A stretch of 62,141 bases of DNA, the filler included. It is 5 parts of 5 records of this genome, joined end to end, with 100 filler letters (N's around TTAATTAATTAA, not from the genome) between each part and the next. Parts side by side here need not be neighbours in the genome. Positions count along the whole stretch, not along the records: positions 36,762 to 51,797 come from SRR22947725_1515; positions 51,898 to 62,141 come from SRR22947725_1523; 3 more parts are not named here. One strand, given 5' to 3'. A program made the translations under genes and the position numbers. This document shows, one piece after another, positions 49,783 to 60,026 of the stretch. The notes under the pieces are model-generated. The model was given only the letters and a program-made list of their open reading frames with translations, did not search any database and was not told the origin of the DNA. Position 1 is the first letter of the stretch; each line of letters begins with the position of its first letter.

Positions 49783-51318
49783 TTACTTTGGTGTAAATAT
49801 ATTTATTCCCTCACTATTTTTTACATTACCTGAAACACCTAAGAAATCTTTAGTGGTCATTTTTAACATTAAGTCAATGTCGTCAGGTGTATTTGCAATA
49901 AAACGACTATTATCTTCTAGTCTACCAAATACAATACCAAATGAGGGTCCTTCACGACCATGGATAATTGTATAAGTTTCTATGACTGCATTCCCGCTAG
50001 CAAACTCGGTGAAAGAAGGACCCTTTCTAGAATTAATTTCAGATTGATATATAGATGGATTTTTTGGAGAAAATGGTGTTTTAATCGGCTCAGTTGAATA
50101 AATACCAGCTGATTGTTTTGTAATATAGTTTCCATTAGCAGTAATTAGGCCTTTACTACCTGGACAAGATCTTACTTTGTCAATCATCTCGGCAATGGAA
50201 TGAGTTACATAATTATTACCTGGGCCACCAAAGTAAGGCAACCCTCCTGTAATAGTTAATCCCCTAGGGTCATCCTGTGAAATTTCCATTTCATTGCATG
50301 CAATCTCAACAGCAGAAGGAAAACAACTATACAGATCTATCATATCAATATTATCCATAGTACAATTTGCCATTTCAAATGTCTCACGAGCAACAACTGA
50401 CATCGCAGGAGATGAGTAAAAGTTAATACGATCACTTAAAAACCAATGGTCATAGGCATCAGCACAACCATGAAGATACACCCATTTTTCTCTTGGGATG
50501 TTGAACTCTTTTGCTTTTGCTACAGATGTTAAAATAAGTGCTGCTGATTGGTCAATAAAAGCATTAGAATTCATAAGCTTAGTATATGGGAAACCTATGT
50601 ATGGATTGTCAGAGTTTACTGAAGCAATTTCATTTGCTGAAAAACTTTGTCTTCTATCAGCTAGAGGGTTATTTGCAGCAATTGATGCAAACTTAGAAAA
50701 CAACTTACCCATTGCAAGAGAATGATCTTCGATTGAACGATTTTCATGGCCACGAATAGCATTTTCTATCATAGGATAAGCAAATATAGCTCCAGCCATA
50801 CCGTGTCGATCTTCAATATTTGACCAACCTCTTTTATCTATCCCCCACTCTTCAAAATGATCTCCAATATCCTCACCCCAATTAAGTTTTATTTTATTTC
50901 TTTGGGCATTTTTTTGAGTTGCCAATGCCTCACCGCCAGCAATCATCCCTATTTCCATTTCACCACGAGTGATCATTTCGAACATTCTGTTTACACACCA
51001 TTGAGGCATATTACCTCCAGGATGACTATAAATATGACGTTTAATGTTTTCTGCACCTAGACGATTAGCTAATGAAAGCGGTGGATTAGAATATTTTCCA
51101 AAGGGACATTTAAAACGCCAACTGGTATCAGAAAAAGAACGAATTAAAACCATTGTGTCTATCGACTTTAAAAGAGTATCTCCTGCTCCTGTATCCTCAA
51201 TTGCTTTCCTTGCTGCTGCAGCAGTAAGATCTATGGGTGAAAGAGCTCTTTCCACATCAGATTCGCGTTGTGTTATTTGTCCACTTCCAACTAAAATTGG
51301 TGTTTTTGTTTCATCCAT
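49783..51318 (-). CDS. Thiolase-like protein (TLP1-type acetyl-CoA acetyltransferase family) with extra C-terminal domain
   Basis: PILVG.GQ, GGNMPQ, N..I.FPYTK.M, DLYSCFPSAV, TGGLPYFGGPGNNY..H and C-terminal IETYT...GR...RF.A. Confidence 0.82.
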   Translation of the reverse strand: MDETKTPILVGSGQITQRESDVERALSPIDLTAAAARKAIEDTGAGDTLLKSIDTMVLIRSFSDTSWRFKCPFGKYSNPPLSLANRLGAENIKRHIYSHPGGNMPQWCVNRMFEMITRGEMEIGMIAGGEALATQKNAQRNKIKLNWGEDIGDHFEEWGIDKRGWSNIEDRHGMAGAIFAYPMIENAIRGHENRSIEDHSLAMGKLFSKFASIAANNPLADRRQSFSANEIASVNSDNPYIGFPYTKLMNSNAFIDQSAALILTSVAKAKEFNIPREKWVYLHGCADAYDHWFLSDRINFYSSPAMSVVARETFEMANCTMDNIDMIDLYSCFPSAVEIACNEMEISQDDPRGLTITGGLPYFGGPGNNYVTHSIAEMIDKVRSCPGSKGLITANGNYITKQSAGIYSTEPIKTPFSPKNPSIYQSEINSRKGPSFTEFASGNAVIETYTIIHGREGPSFGIVFGRLEDNSRFIANTPDDIDLMLKMTTKDFLGVSGNVKNSEGINIFTPK

Positions 51319-51405
51319 TTGAAATTTCTTTTTAAAAAATAATCTTAATAGTTTGAATCAAATAAATTTAAATTTTTTAGTGTTAGATGTAAAAGAATAC
51401 CAACT

Positions 51406-51797
51406 TTAAAGTGATACTATCATTTCCCTTATTATACTCACAACCTTTTCAGGTTGTTCAGCACATGGTATGTGGCCAGCCTCTTCAATTATCTCAAATT
51501 TTGCACCCGGTATTATTTTAGCAGTTCCTTCTACAAGTTCCGGTGGAGTTGCCCCATCCTGTCTACCTACAACGCAAGTTGTTGGCACAGAAATAGAAGG
51601 AGCTTTGTCTGTAAAATCAGCATCACGAATAGCCATAGCAGTACCTATGTAACCTTCTAGAGGTGTTCTAGTAAACATGGCTTCATATCCACGTAAATCA
51701 ACTTGTCTATTCTTATGAAAATTTGGCGAAAACCAACGTTGCATGTTACCTTCTAAAAGAGCTTCTAGACCTCCTTCACGAGCAATAGCAATACGGT
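51406..51797 (-). CDS. pcaD: 3-oxoadipate enol-lactonase-like alpha/beta hydrolase, C-terminal fragment
   Basis: RI...GGLEAL....MQRWF, EGY.G...AIRDADF, VG.QDGATPP and AGHIPC.EQP. Confidence 0.75.
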
Positions 51798-51897
51798 NNN
51801 NNNNNNNNNNNNNNNNNNNNNNNNNNNNNNNNNNNNNNNNNTTAATTAATTAANNNNNNNNNNNNNNNNNNNNNNNNNNNNNNNNNNNNNNNNNNNN
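51798..51897. other. Artificial contig linker
   Basis: 44N-TTAATTAATTAA-44N. Confidence 0.98.
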
Positions 51898-53508
51898 TAA
51901 AGAATCAATTGGTGGATTTGTAACTTGGCTAAAATTTTGTCTAAAAAAGTGAGACAAAGGTCTATATTTGCTTGATAACACCGCAATAGGTGTATCGTCA
52001 CCCATCGATCCAACAGCTTCTTTTGCATCTTCAATCATTGGATGGAGAATAATTTCTAAATCCTCAATACTTAAACCAGCAAAAAATTGGCGTTGTCTTA
52101 GCTCTTGCCCGTTATAAATATTTTTTTCCTTTAAGTTTTTAAAGCTTTTAGTTAGCTCTATATGATTAGAAGCAAATTCTTTATATATCGGATTGGATGC
52201 TAAATGATCTTTTGTTTTTTTATCATTAAAATATTTACCCTTATCTAAATCCAAAGAAATCATTTGACCAGGTCCTACTCTACCTCTGTATTGAATATTG
52301 TCTTCTGAGACATAAACCATTCCTGTTTCAGATCCTGCAAATAACATTTTATCTTTTGTAACTGTATATCTAAGCGGTCTTAAACCATTTCTATCTGAAG
52401 CAGCAACTATCCAGCGTCCGTCAAAAGCGGCTATTGCCGCCGGCCCATCCCAGGGCTCGATAACAGAATTTAGGTAATTATACATATCTCTATGATTTTT
52501 AGATATAATCTTGCTTTTTTTTGACCACGCTTCTGGGATTAACATCATTTTAGCAATTGGAAGACCTCTTCCTCCTCTTACCAAAAGTTCAAAAGCAGCG
52601 TCTAAAGATGCGGTATCAGAATTGTTAGCTTTTAATATTGGTTTTATATCATCAATGTTTTCAAACAAAGCGCTGTCCATTCCTGCTTCATGCGTCTTCA
52701 TCCAATTAACATTACCTTTTAATGTATTAATTTCTCCGTTATGTGCGATCACTCTAAAAGGTTGAGCTAGCTCCCAAGAAGGAAAGGTGTTTGTCGAAAA
52801 TCTTTGATGAAAAATTGCAAACCTAGATACAAACCTAGCATCCATTAAATCAGGATAAAAGTCAGCAATATTCTCAGCTAAAAACATACCTTTGTAAATC
52901 ACTGATTTTGAACTTAATGAACAAATATAAAAATCATTTAATTGCTCATTTGCAGCAATTTTTTCAATTTTTTTTCTTATAACAAAAAGTTTTCTTTCAA
53001 GTTCCTGAAAGTCATATTTTTTTTCACACGCGAATATAATTTGTTCTATTTCTGGTCTAGTATCATTAGCTTTTTGGCCTAAAACTTTTGGATTTACTGG
53101 AACCTGCCTCCATCCAAAAATGTAAAAGTCATTATTAAGCAACTCTTGTTCTATAAGGGTTCTGCACCTCTCTTGAGCAGAGTAATTGGTTCTAGGTAAA
53201 AAAACCATACCTAGACAAATTTCCTGATCATCTCTGACATTGTGTCCAGTAACATTGATTTGCTCCTGAAAGAAATCTCTACTAAATTCAATGTGAATTC
53301 CAGCTCCGTCTCCTGTTTTTCCATCAGCATCAACAGCACCTCTGTGCCAAACAGCTTTTAACGCCTCAATTCCATTCTCAACAACTCCACGCTTTGGTTT
53401 TCCTGTCATCGAAGCAACAAATCCTACACCGCAAGCATCATGGTCTTCGATTACAACGTTGGCTTCTTCTAGTTTTTTTTTGTTTAATATATATTTATTT
53501 ATTGTCAT
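51898..53508 (-). CDS. gltB: Glutamate synthase large subunit, N-terminal part
   Basis: HDACGVG, HRGA...DGKTGDGAG, HQRFSTNTFP, HNGEINT, EPWDGPA and FSQVTNPPID. Confidence 0.97.
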
Positions 53509-54944
53509 TACGCTGCTCGAGTTTTGTTTTGAGAGATTTGATTTAAATATTCGCTTATACCTTTTGCTGCATCTCTTCCATCTCGTATTGCCCAGACTAC
53601 CAAAGATGCGCCACGCACGATATCACCAGCAGCAAATACGCCTTTAATATTTGTTTTAAGTGTCTTCAAATCAGTCTTTATTGTTCCCCATCTTGTTACT
53701 TCTAAATCAGGTTCATCAAATAATTTTGGTATCTCCTCAGGCTCAAAGCCAAGGGCCTCTATTACTAGATCTGCTTTTAAAGTTTCTTCTGCACCTTCTA
53801 TAGCTTTTGGAGATTGTCTACCTGACGAGTCTGGTTCTCCCAATCTCATTTTATTTATAACTACCTGTTGAACTTTTTCATTACCCTCAAAAGACTTTGG
53901 ACTTGATAACCATATAAAATTCACACCTTCTTCTTCAGCATTAGCAACTTCTCTAGCAGAACCTGGCATATTTGCTTTATCTCTTCTGTATAAACAAGAG
54001 ACAGACTTTGCTTTTTGTCTGACTGCAGTTCTTACACAGTCCATGGCAGTATCTCCTCCGCCAACTACAATTACATTTTTACCTTCAGCATTTAAAGTTC
54101 CATCATCAAATTCTTTAACCTGATCTCCCAATCCTTTTCTATTTGAAGCAGTTAAAAACTTCATAGCAGGAAAAATATTTCTTAAATTTGATCCTGGAGT
54201 ATCTACTTGTCTTGCTTTATAAACACCAGTTGCTATTAAAATCGCATCATGCTTATCTTTTAATTCTTTTAGCGTTGAGTCTTTCCCAACTTCAAAATTA
54301 TTAATAATATTAACATTGCTATCTTTCAAAAGCTTAGTTCTTCTTAAAACAACCGATTTATCTAATTTAAAATTTGGAATTCCATAAATCAACAAACCAC
54401 CGGTCCGATCATAACGGTCATAAATTGTAACTTGAAAACCTTCTTTTCTCAATTCCATTGCAGCTGCTATGCCAGCAGGGCCTGCACCAATAATTCCAAC
54501 AGACTGCTTAAGCTCTGTCATAGGTTTAATTGGCTCAATCCAACCGTTTTCCCATGCAGTATTAGTTATAAATTTTTCTACAGCTCCGATAGTGACGGTC
54601 CCGTGTCCTGATTGTTCTATTACACAATTACCTTCACACAACCGATCCTGGGGGCAAATACTACCACACACCTCTGGCAAAGAATTCGTAGCAGAAGAAA
54701 TCTCATAGGCGTCTTTTAACCTTCCCTCAGCAGTCAATTTTAACCAATCAGGAATATTGTTTTGTAGTGGGCAGTGAACTTGACAAAAAGGGGTTCCGCA
54801 CTGAGAACATCTGCTTGCCTGTTCTTTTGCCTTCGTATCAATATAATCTCTGTAAATTTCTAAAAAATTTTCAGTTCGACCTTTTGAGTCTAACTTTTCA
54901 GGAGTTTCCTTCTTTAAATCAACAAATTTTAACATTTTATTCAT
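53508..54944 (-). CDS. gltD: Glutamate synthase small subunit
   Basis: RCSQCG.PFC...CP, CPQDRLCEG.C, GAGPAG, GGGDTAMDC and GASLVVWAI. Confidence 0.96.
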   Translation of the reverse strand: MNKMLKFVDLKKETPEKLDSKGRTENFLEIYRDYIDTKAKEQASRCSQCGTPFCQVHCPLQNNIPDWLKLTAEGRLKDAYEISSATNSLPEVCGSICPQDRLCEGNCVIEQSGHGTVTIGAVEKFITNTAWENGWIEPIKPMTELKQSVGIIGAGPAGIAAAMELRKEGFQVTIYDRYDRTGGLLIYGIPNFKLDKSVVLRRTKLLKDSNVNIINNFEVGKDSTLKELKDKHDAILIATGVYKARQVDTPGSNLRNIFPAMKFLTASNRKGLGDQVKEFDDGTLNAEGKNVIVVGGGDTAMDCVRTAVRQKAKSVSCLYRRDKANMPGSAREVANAEEEGVNFIWLSSPKSFEGNEKVQQVVINKMRLGEPDSSGRQSPKAIEGAEETLKADLVIEALGFEPEEIPKLFDEPDLEVTRWGTIKTDLKTLKTNIKGVFAAGDIVRGASLVVWAIRDGRDAAKGISEYLNQISQNKTRAA

Positions 54945-55158
54945 CGAAAACAGTTATTATAACATTTTTTTTTAAAGTATAGGTTTTTTGGTAAACATTT
55001 ATTTACCTTTAATCTAAGTAAAATCAACGAAAACTAAAAAATGTAACATTTTTTTAAGTTTTTAGGATATTTTACGTATTTAAGAAAAAAAATATAATTT
55101 TTGAACAGCATTCTTAATATAGCTTTAAATAATAAATAATAATATCTAATTTTTATTC

Positions 55159-55938
55159 ATGACTTTTTCAATCTACCTCGCGTTTATTTTATTGGCTTTA
55201 ATACAAGGGCTGACGGAATGGCTGCCTATATCATCCAGTGGTATATTGGTTATTTTAGAAGAAATATATAAACTTGAAGACAAAAACCTTAATCTTTTAT
55301 TTAACATTTCTGTTCATACTGGGTCTTTGTTAGCAGTTATAATTTATTTAAGAAAAGAAATATTCAGTTTGTCAAATAACATCAAACTTTTTCAAAATAT
55401 TGTTATCGCTACAATACCGGTTGTTATAATTGGTTTTATTATTAAATTTTTTAATTTTAATTTATTTTTACAGGATATAAAAATCGTAACTGGGTCTACA
55501 ATTTTCTTTTCTATCATTTTGTATATATCTGATAAGACAGCAGTTACGCGAAAATTTAATAAAAATATTTCTAATAAAAATTCACTTTACATTGGATTAT
55601 CACAGTCACTAGCGCTAATACCAGGCACAAGCAGATCTGGAATAACAATAACTTGTGCTAGGTTTTTGGGTTTTTCTAGAAAAGAATCGGCGAAATTCAG
55701 TTTTCTCATATCTATACCAACTTTATTTGCCGCTACGACACTGGGATTGAGTGATGCGGTAATAAATTTTAATATTCAAACTATAGTTTTTTTATTTATT
55801 GGTTTTTTTGTATCTTTAGTAGTATCTTTATTCTGTATAAAACTTTTCATATCTTTTGTTGAAAAATATAGCCTTACACTGTTTGTGATCATAAGATTAA
55901 TACTAGGGTTTATGCTTTTAATTTATTTGGCAAACTGA
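55159..55938 (+). CDS. uppP: Undecaprenyl-diphosphate phosphatase
   Basis: QGLTEWLPISSSG, PGTSRSG.T and FSFL.SIP. Confidence 0.92.
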   Translation: MTFSIYLAFILLALIQGLTEWLPISSSGILVILEEIYKLEDKNLNLLFNISVHTGSLLAVIIYLRKEIFSLSNNIKLFQNIVIATIPVVIIGFIIKFFNFNLFLQDIKIVTGSTIFFSIILYISDKTAVTRKFNKNISNKNSLYIGLSQSLALIPGTSRSGITITCARFLGFSRKESAKFSFLISIPTLFAATTLGLSDAVINFNIQTIVFLFIGFFVSLVVSLFCIKLFISFVEKYSLTLFVIIRLILGFMLLIYLAN

Positions 55939-56876
55939 CCTTCTTTTCTAAATCTCCAAAGGTAGTTCGGAATTATTTTTCTAATATGCTGAGGTTCTAT
56001 TCCAAGATCTTTCAGAATTTTGTTTGATCCAGTTGAAATATTATCACCAGATTCTAGAGTTTTTACTTGGTCTAAAGTTAACATTGGTTTTGGTGCTAAA
56101 CCAAGAACTCGTCCTTGAATTCGCCCAAGCCACGATGGAATTGGTAGAATAATATTTTTTGAACGTATCTCATTTGAAATTATTTTAATAAGCTCTTCTA
56201 AAGTAAAAATTTCATTTCCGACAAATTCAATTGTGTCATTTTTAATTTCTTCTTCAATTATTTTATCAATCCCAAGTGCGATATCTCCTACATATACTGG
56301 AGCAAATTTTACTGTAGCGCCAGCTAAAGGTATTATTGGAAACAAATTTGCTAATTTTGCAAACATATTTGTAAAATCATTTTTTCCACCACCAAAAACT
56401 ACGGAAGGTTTTATAATTGTATAATTTACTAATTCCTTTTTAATTATTTCCTCGGCTTGAAATTTACTCTCAAGATACTTTGATTCAGTATTTGACTTTA
56501 CTCCTAAACTTGAAAAATGAATAAAATGTTTAATTTTTTTGTTTTCTTTCACTGCCGAAACTAAATCTCTTACAAAATCTTTGTGTATCCTTTGAAAACT
56601 ATTCCCCGACTTTTCATAAAGTATACCGATTAAATTAATACAGATATCGCAATCCTGAATAAAGTTTTTAACTTGTTCATTTGAATTAATATTGACTTTT
56701 TCCAATCTTATTTGCCCTGGATCGCTTACTGTAGATTTTAACTCTATCACATCTTCATTGAATGGATTTCTAGTGGCTATTTTGATTTCATGACCCTTTT
56801 TTGCAAGTAACTTAACAATAGAACTACCTACAAAGCCAGTGCCCCCAAAAAGACAGATTTTTTTTACAAAAGTCAT
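55923..56876 (-). CDS. Complex I NDUFA9-like atypical SDR
   Basis: GGTGFVG, INLIGILYE, Y..SK..AE, PSVVFG and PVYVGD; likely start MTFVKK at 56876. Confidence 0.88.
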   Translation of the reverse strand: MTFVKKICLFGGTGFVGSSIVKLLAKKGHEIKIATRNPFNEDVIELKSTVSDPGQIRLEKVNINSNEQVKNFIQDCDICINLIGILYEKSGNSFQRIHKDFVRDLVSAVKENKKIKHFIHFSSLGVKSNTESKYLESKFQAEEIIKKELVNYTIIKPSVVFGGGKNDFTNMFAKLANLFPIIPLAGATVKFAPVYVGDIALGIDKIIEEEIKNDTIEFVGNEIFTLEELIKIISNEIRSKNIILPIPSWLGRIQGRVLGLAPKPMLTLDQVKTLESGDNISTGSNKILKDLGIEPQHIRKIIPNYLWRFRKEGQFAK

Positions 56877-56899
56877 GTTATACAATTTATAATTGAAAT

Positions 56900-57514
56900 A
56901 TGAATTTTAAATACAAATTACATTTAAACGATCTGCCGACTGAAACAAGTTTAAAAAACGCCACAACCATTGCTATTGATGGCGAATTTTCCGGATTAAA
57001 CCCACTAACAGACAAGCTTCATTTATTACAACTCTGTGATGGTTCCAACTTTGTGCATTTAGTACGCTTTAAAGATGCTTATAATACACCAAATCTAAAA
57101 ATTCTTCTGGAAGACAAAAAAATAGAAAAAATATTTCATTTTGGAAGGGCAGATTTAGGATTTTTAAAACATTGTCTTAAAATTAATGTGCAAAATATTT
57201 TTGATACAAAAATTGCATCTAAAATTTCTAGAAAATTTACAAATAACCATGGTTTAAAAGACCTTGCAAAAGATTTGATTAACGTCAAGTTAGATAAAGA
57301 AATGCAAACTTCTGATTGGGGTAAAGAAGATTACTCTGAAGAGCAAATCAGATATGCTGCTAATGACGTCTTACACTTGCATGCTATCAAATTAGAACTA
57401 GAAAAAATATTAAAGCGAGAGAATATGCAACAAATTGCAAAAAGATGTTTTGAATTTTTGGAAATTCGAACAGACTTAGATTTAAAAGGTCTGGGAGATA
57501 TTTTTGAGCACTAA
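56900..57514 (+). CDS. rnd: Ribonuclease D (short alphaproteobacterial 3'-5' exonuclease)
   Basis: IAIDGEF, KIFHFGRAD, DTKIASK, HGLKDL, Q.SDW, YAANDV and terminal DIFEH. Confidence 0.88.
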   Translation: MNFKYKLHLNDLPTETSLKNATTIAIDGEFSGLNPLTDKLHLLQLCDGSNFVHLVRFKDAYNTPNLKILLEDKKIEKIFHFGRADLGFLKHCLKINVQNIFDTKIASKISRKFTNNHGLKDLAKDLINVKLDKEMQTSDWGKEDYSEEQIRYAANDVLHLHAIKLELEKILKRENMQQIAKRCFEFLEIRTDLDLKGLGDIFEH

Positions 57515-57515
57515 T

Positions 57516-58490
57516 ATGAAAACTGAAAGACAGATTTTAAATTTTGGTAAAAAAATAATTCAAGAAGAAATTTCTGCACTTACAAAAGTTGGTAAATATC
57601 TTAATGCAAATTTTGCAAAAGCAGTTAACTTAATTCATAATACAAAAGGTAATCTAGTTTTTACAGGCGTTGGAAAATCAAAACTTATTCTGGAAAAAGT
57701 AAGCGGAACTTTTTCTTCATTAGGGATTTCGAGTTATGTTTTGGATGCAAATCAAGCAAGTCATGGAAGCCTGGGTAACCTTCAAAAAAATGATACCTTG
57801 GTAATAGCCTCCAACAGTGGCAATACACATGAGTTAACATCAATATTTAACTTTGCTAAAAAATATAAAATAAAAATTATCGGAATTACTTCTAATTCTA
57901 AATCTCAATTATATAAAGTTTCAACTATTAAAATTGTTTATCCAAAAATAAAAGAGGTCGGTGATAAAAATTTTTCGCTTGTTCCTACGAGTTCAACAAC
58001 TATTTTAGCATCAATCGGGGATGCTTTGGCTATTACCGTTGCAAAAAAAAGAGATTTTAAAATTTCACAATTTGGTGAACATCATCCTCATGGCAGTATA
58101 GGTAAAGCGCTTACGCCTATAAAAGAACTTCTTATTACAGGTAATAAAATTCCTTATATTACTAGTGAAGTTTTATTTTCTAAAATTCTTTTAAAAATTG
58201 CTTCAAAAAGATTAGGTTGCGTTTTAGTTAAAAATAAAAATTCTAAGAAAATATCAATAGTAACTGATGGTGATACGGCAAGGGCGGCTAGTAAATTTAA
58301 AAATTTTCAATCTCTAAAGGCTAAAGATATCATGACTAAAAATCCTAGTTTTGTTCAAGATACGATACTGGCTCCTGATGCGCTCAAGATTATGAATAAT
58401 AAAAAAATTAACGTTCTCCTGGTAAAATCAAAAAATAAATTTACAGGTATTGTAAGTATACATTCTATTCTAGATTTTTTAGGTAAATGA
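57516..58490 (+). CDS. kdsD: KdsD/KpsF family arabinose-5-phosphate isomerase (SIS + 2 CBS)
   Basis: TGVGKS, ASHG.LG, SNSG.T.EL, PTSSTT, GDALA, HP.G.IG, TDGD and IMTKNP; lies between rnd and lptC. Confidence 0.82.
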   Translation: MKTERQILNFGKKIIQEEISALTKVGKYLNANFAKAVNLIHNTKGNLVFTGVGKSKLILEKVSGTFSSLGISSYVLDANQASHGSLGNLQKNDTLVIASNSGNTHELTSIFNFAKKYKIKIIGITSNSKSQLYKVSTIKIVYPKIKEVGDKNFSLVPTSSTTILASIGDALAITVAKKRDFKISQFGEHHPHGSIGKALTPIKELLITGNKIPYITSEVLFSKILLKIASKRLGCVLVKNKNSKKISIVTDGDTARAASKFKNFQSLKAKDIMTKNPSFVQDTILAPDALKIMNNKKINVLLVKSKNKFTGIVSIHSILDFLGK

Positions 58491-59080
58491 CGACAAGAAA
58501 AAAAATTAATCTAATTTTAATTTTTGGAATATTAATATTCATAAGTTTTTATGGTTATAATATTTCAGAAAACAAAGGATCTATAGAAATTAAAAATGAG
58601 GAATTAACAGTTAGTCAAAAAACATCCAATCTTGAAAAAGGTATTATTAGATTTTCTGATGTAGAATACAAATCATCAGATGAAAAAGGGCGGGTTTACA
58701 CTACAAGAGGCAAAGAAGCTTATTTGAACGAGAATCAACCAGATATTGTCATGTTAAGTGATGTTTTTAGCTTCACAAGACTTAAAGATGGATCGCAATT
58801 GAGTGTAAAATCAGATGATGCTAGTTATTATAAGAATACCAAAAATATTAAGTATTTTAAAAATATCACTATAAAGCACAAAGATATTATTATAACCGCT
58901 GAAATGGCAGATTTTGAAGCTAAGAAAAATATAATAAAGTTGGAAAACAAAGTCATTTTAAAAGATGATAAAAACACAATTAAAGGTGACATTGCTATAC
59001 TCAACACAATTACCAACGATCTTCAAATTCTTATGAAAAAAAAAGATAATAAAGTTTATGGACAACAACAAAAAAAATAA
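58487..59080 (+). CDS. lptC: LPS export protein LptC-like (N-terminal anchor + beta-jellyroll)
   Basis: Single transmembrane helix, VEY...DEKG..Y motif, beta-strand-rich; lies between kdsD and lptB. Confidence 0.7.
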   Translation: MTTRKKINLILIFGILIFISFYGYNISENKGSIEIKNEELTVSQKTSNLEKGIIRFSDVEYKSSDEKGRVYTTRGKEAYLNENQPDIVMLSDVFSFTRLKDGSQLSVKSDDASYYKNTKNIKYFKNITIKHKDIIITAEMADFEAKKNIIKLENKVILKDDKNTIKGDIAILNTITNDLQILMKKKDNKVYGQQQKK

Positions 59081-60026
59081 AAAAAAGGTTTCAGTTAAGG
59101 CTAATACTGGAATTAATAATAAGCTTATTTTAAAAAAAAGCTTTGTAATCAAAAAAAGTGATGAAATCTTAGTTCTTGATAAAATATATAAAAAAGGCAA
59201 CGTTCAAAATGTAAATGAATCTCAAATAAAAAAAATTCCTAGTGTTAAAATAGTTAACTCAAATATTGTAAACTTAGATCAGAAAAAAAGTTATTCTACA
59301 AATAAAATTATAGAAATAAAAAAAATTTCAAAATCACTAGGTGGTAAACCAATTTTAAAAAATATTTCATTTTCTTTAAACCGTGGACAAATTTTAGGTC
59401 TTTTAGGACCTAATGGTGCTGGAAAATCAACACTTTTTGGCTTAATTGCTGGAAAGATTTTTCCAGACTTAGGCGAGATAAGGCTTAATGGTGAGATTAT
59501 TAATAACATCCCAATACATAAAAGGTCTCAAAGAGGTATTAGTCTGCTTGAACAGCACAAAGGTCTTTTTGAAAATATGACTGCATATGAAAATTTATAT
59601 GCAATTTTAGAACTTCATATTGAAGATAGAAATAAAATTGATACCAAAATATTTCAGCTTTTATCATACTTTGGACTACAATACTTAGCGAACGTTAAAG
59701 CAAAAAATATGTCAGGTGGTGAATATAAAAAAATATCTACTCTTCAAAGAGTCTGTAACAAAGATATAAAAGTTTTATTATTGGATGAGCCCATGGCTGC
59801 TCTTGATCCGCTCAGCATCTCTTCTATTAAAAAATTCATTTTAGAATTAAGAGAGATGGGCTTATCAGTAATAATTACTGACCATAACTTTTTTGCTATT
59901 CAAGATATTTTGGATAACTGCGTAATTATTAGAGATGGTCAAATTATGATTGAAGGAAAACCTAATCAAATAATTAACGACGAAAGAGTAATAAAGTACT
60001 ACTTGGGAACTGGTTTTAAAATTTAA
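59058..60026 (+). CDS. lptB: LPS export ABC ATPase LptB with about 80-aa N-terminal extension
   Basis: GLLGPNGAGKST, MSGGE, LLDEP.A.LDP, ITDHN and V.KYYLG..F. Confidence 0.85.
   Translation: MDNNKKNKKKVSVKANTGINNKLILKKSFVIKKSDEILVLDKIYKKGNVQNVNESQIKKIPSVKIVNSNIVNLDQKKSYSTNKIIEIKKISKSLGGKPILKNISFSLNRGQILGLLGPNGAGKSTLFGLIAGKIFPDLGEIRLNGEIINNIPIHKRSQRGISLLEQHKGLFENMTAYENLYAILELHIEDRNKIDTKIFQLLSYFGLQYLANVKAKNMSGGEYKKISTLQRVCNKDIKVLLLDEPMAALDPLSISSIKKFILELREMGLSVIITDHNFFAIQDILDNCVIIRDGQIMIEGKPNQIINDERVIKYYLGTGFKI

Noticed and set aside
16362..51897. ORF ends extending into X runs (rho, VOC, gltB; also ileS) read as real C-termini or pseudogenes
   Set aside because: The truncations are contig edges, and the stops come from the linker.
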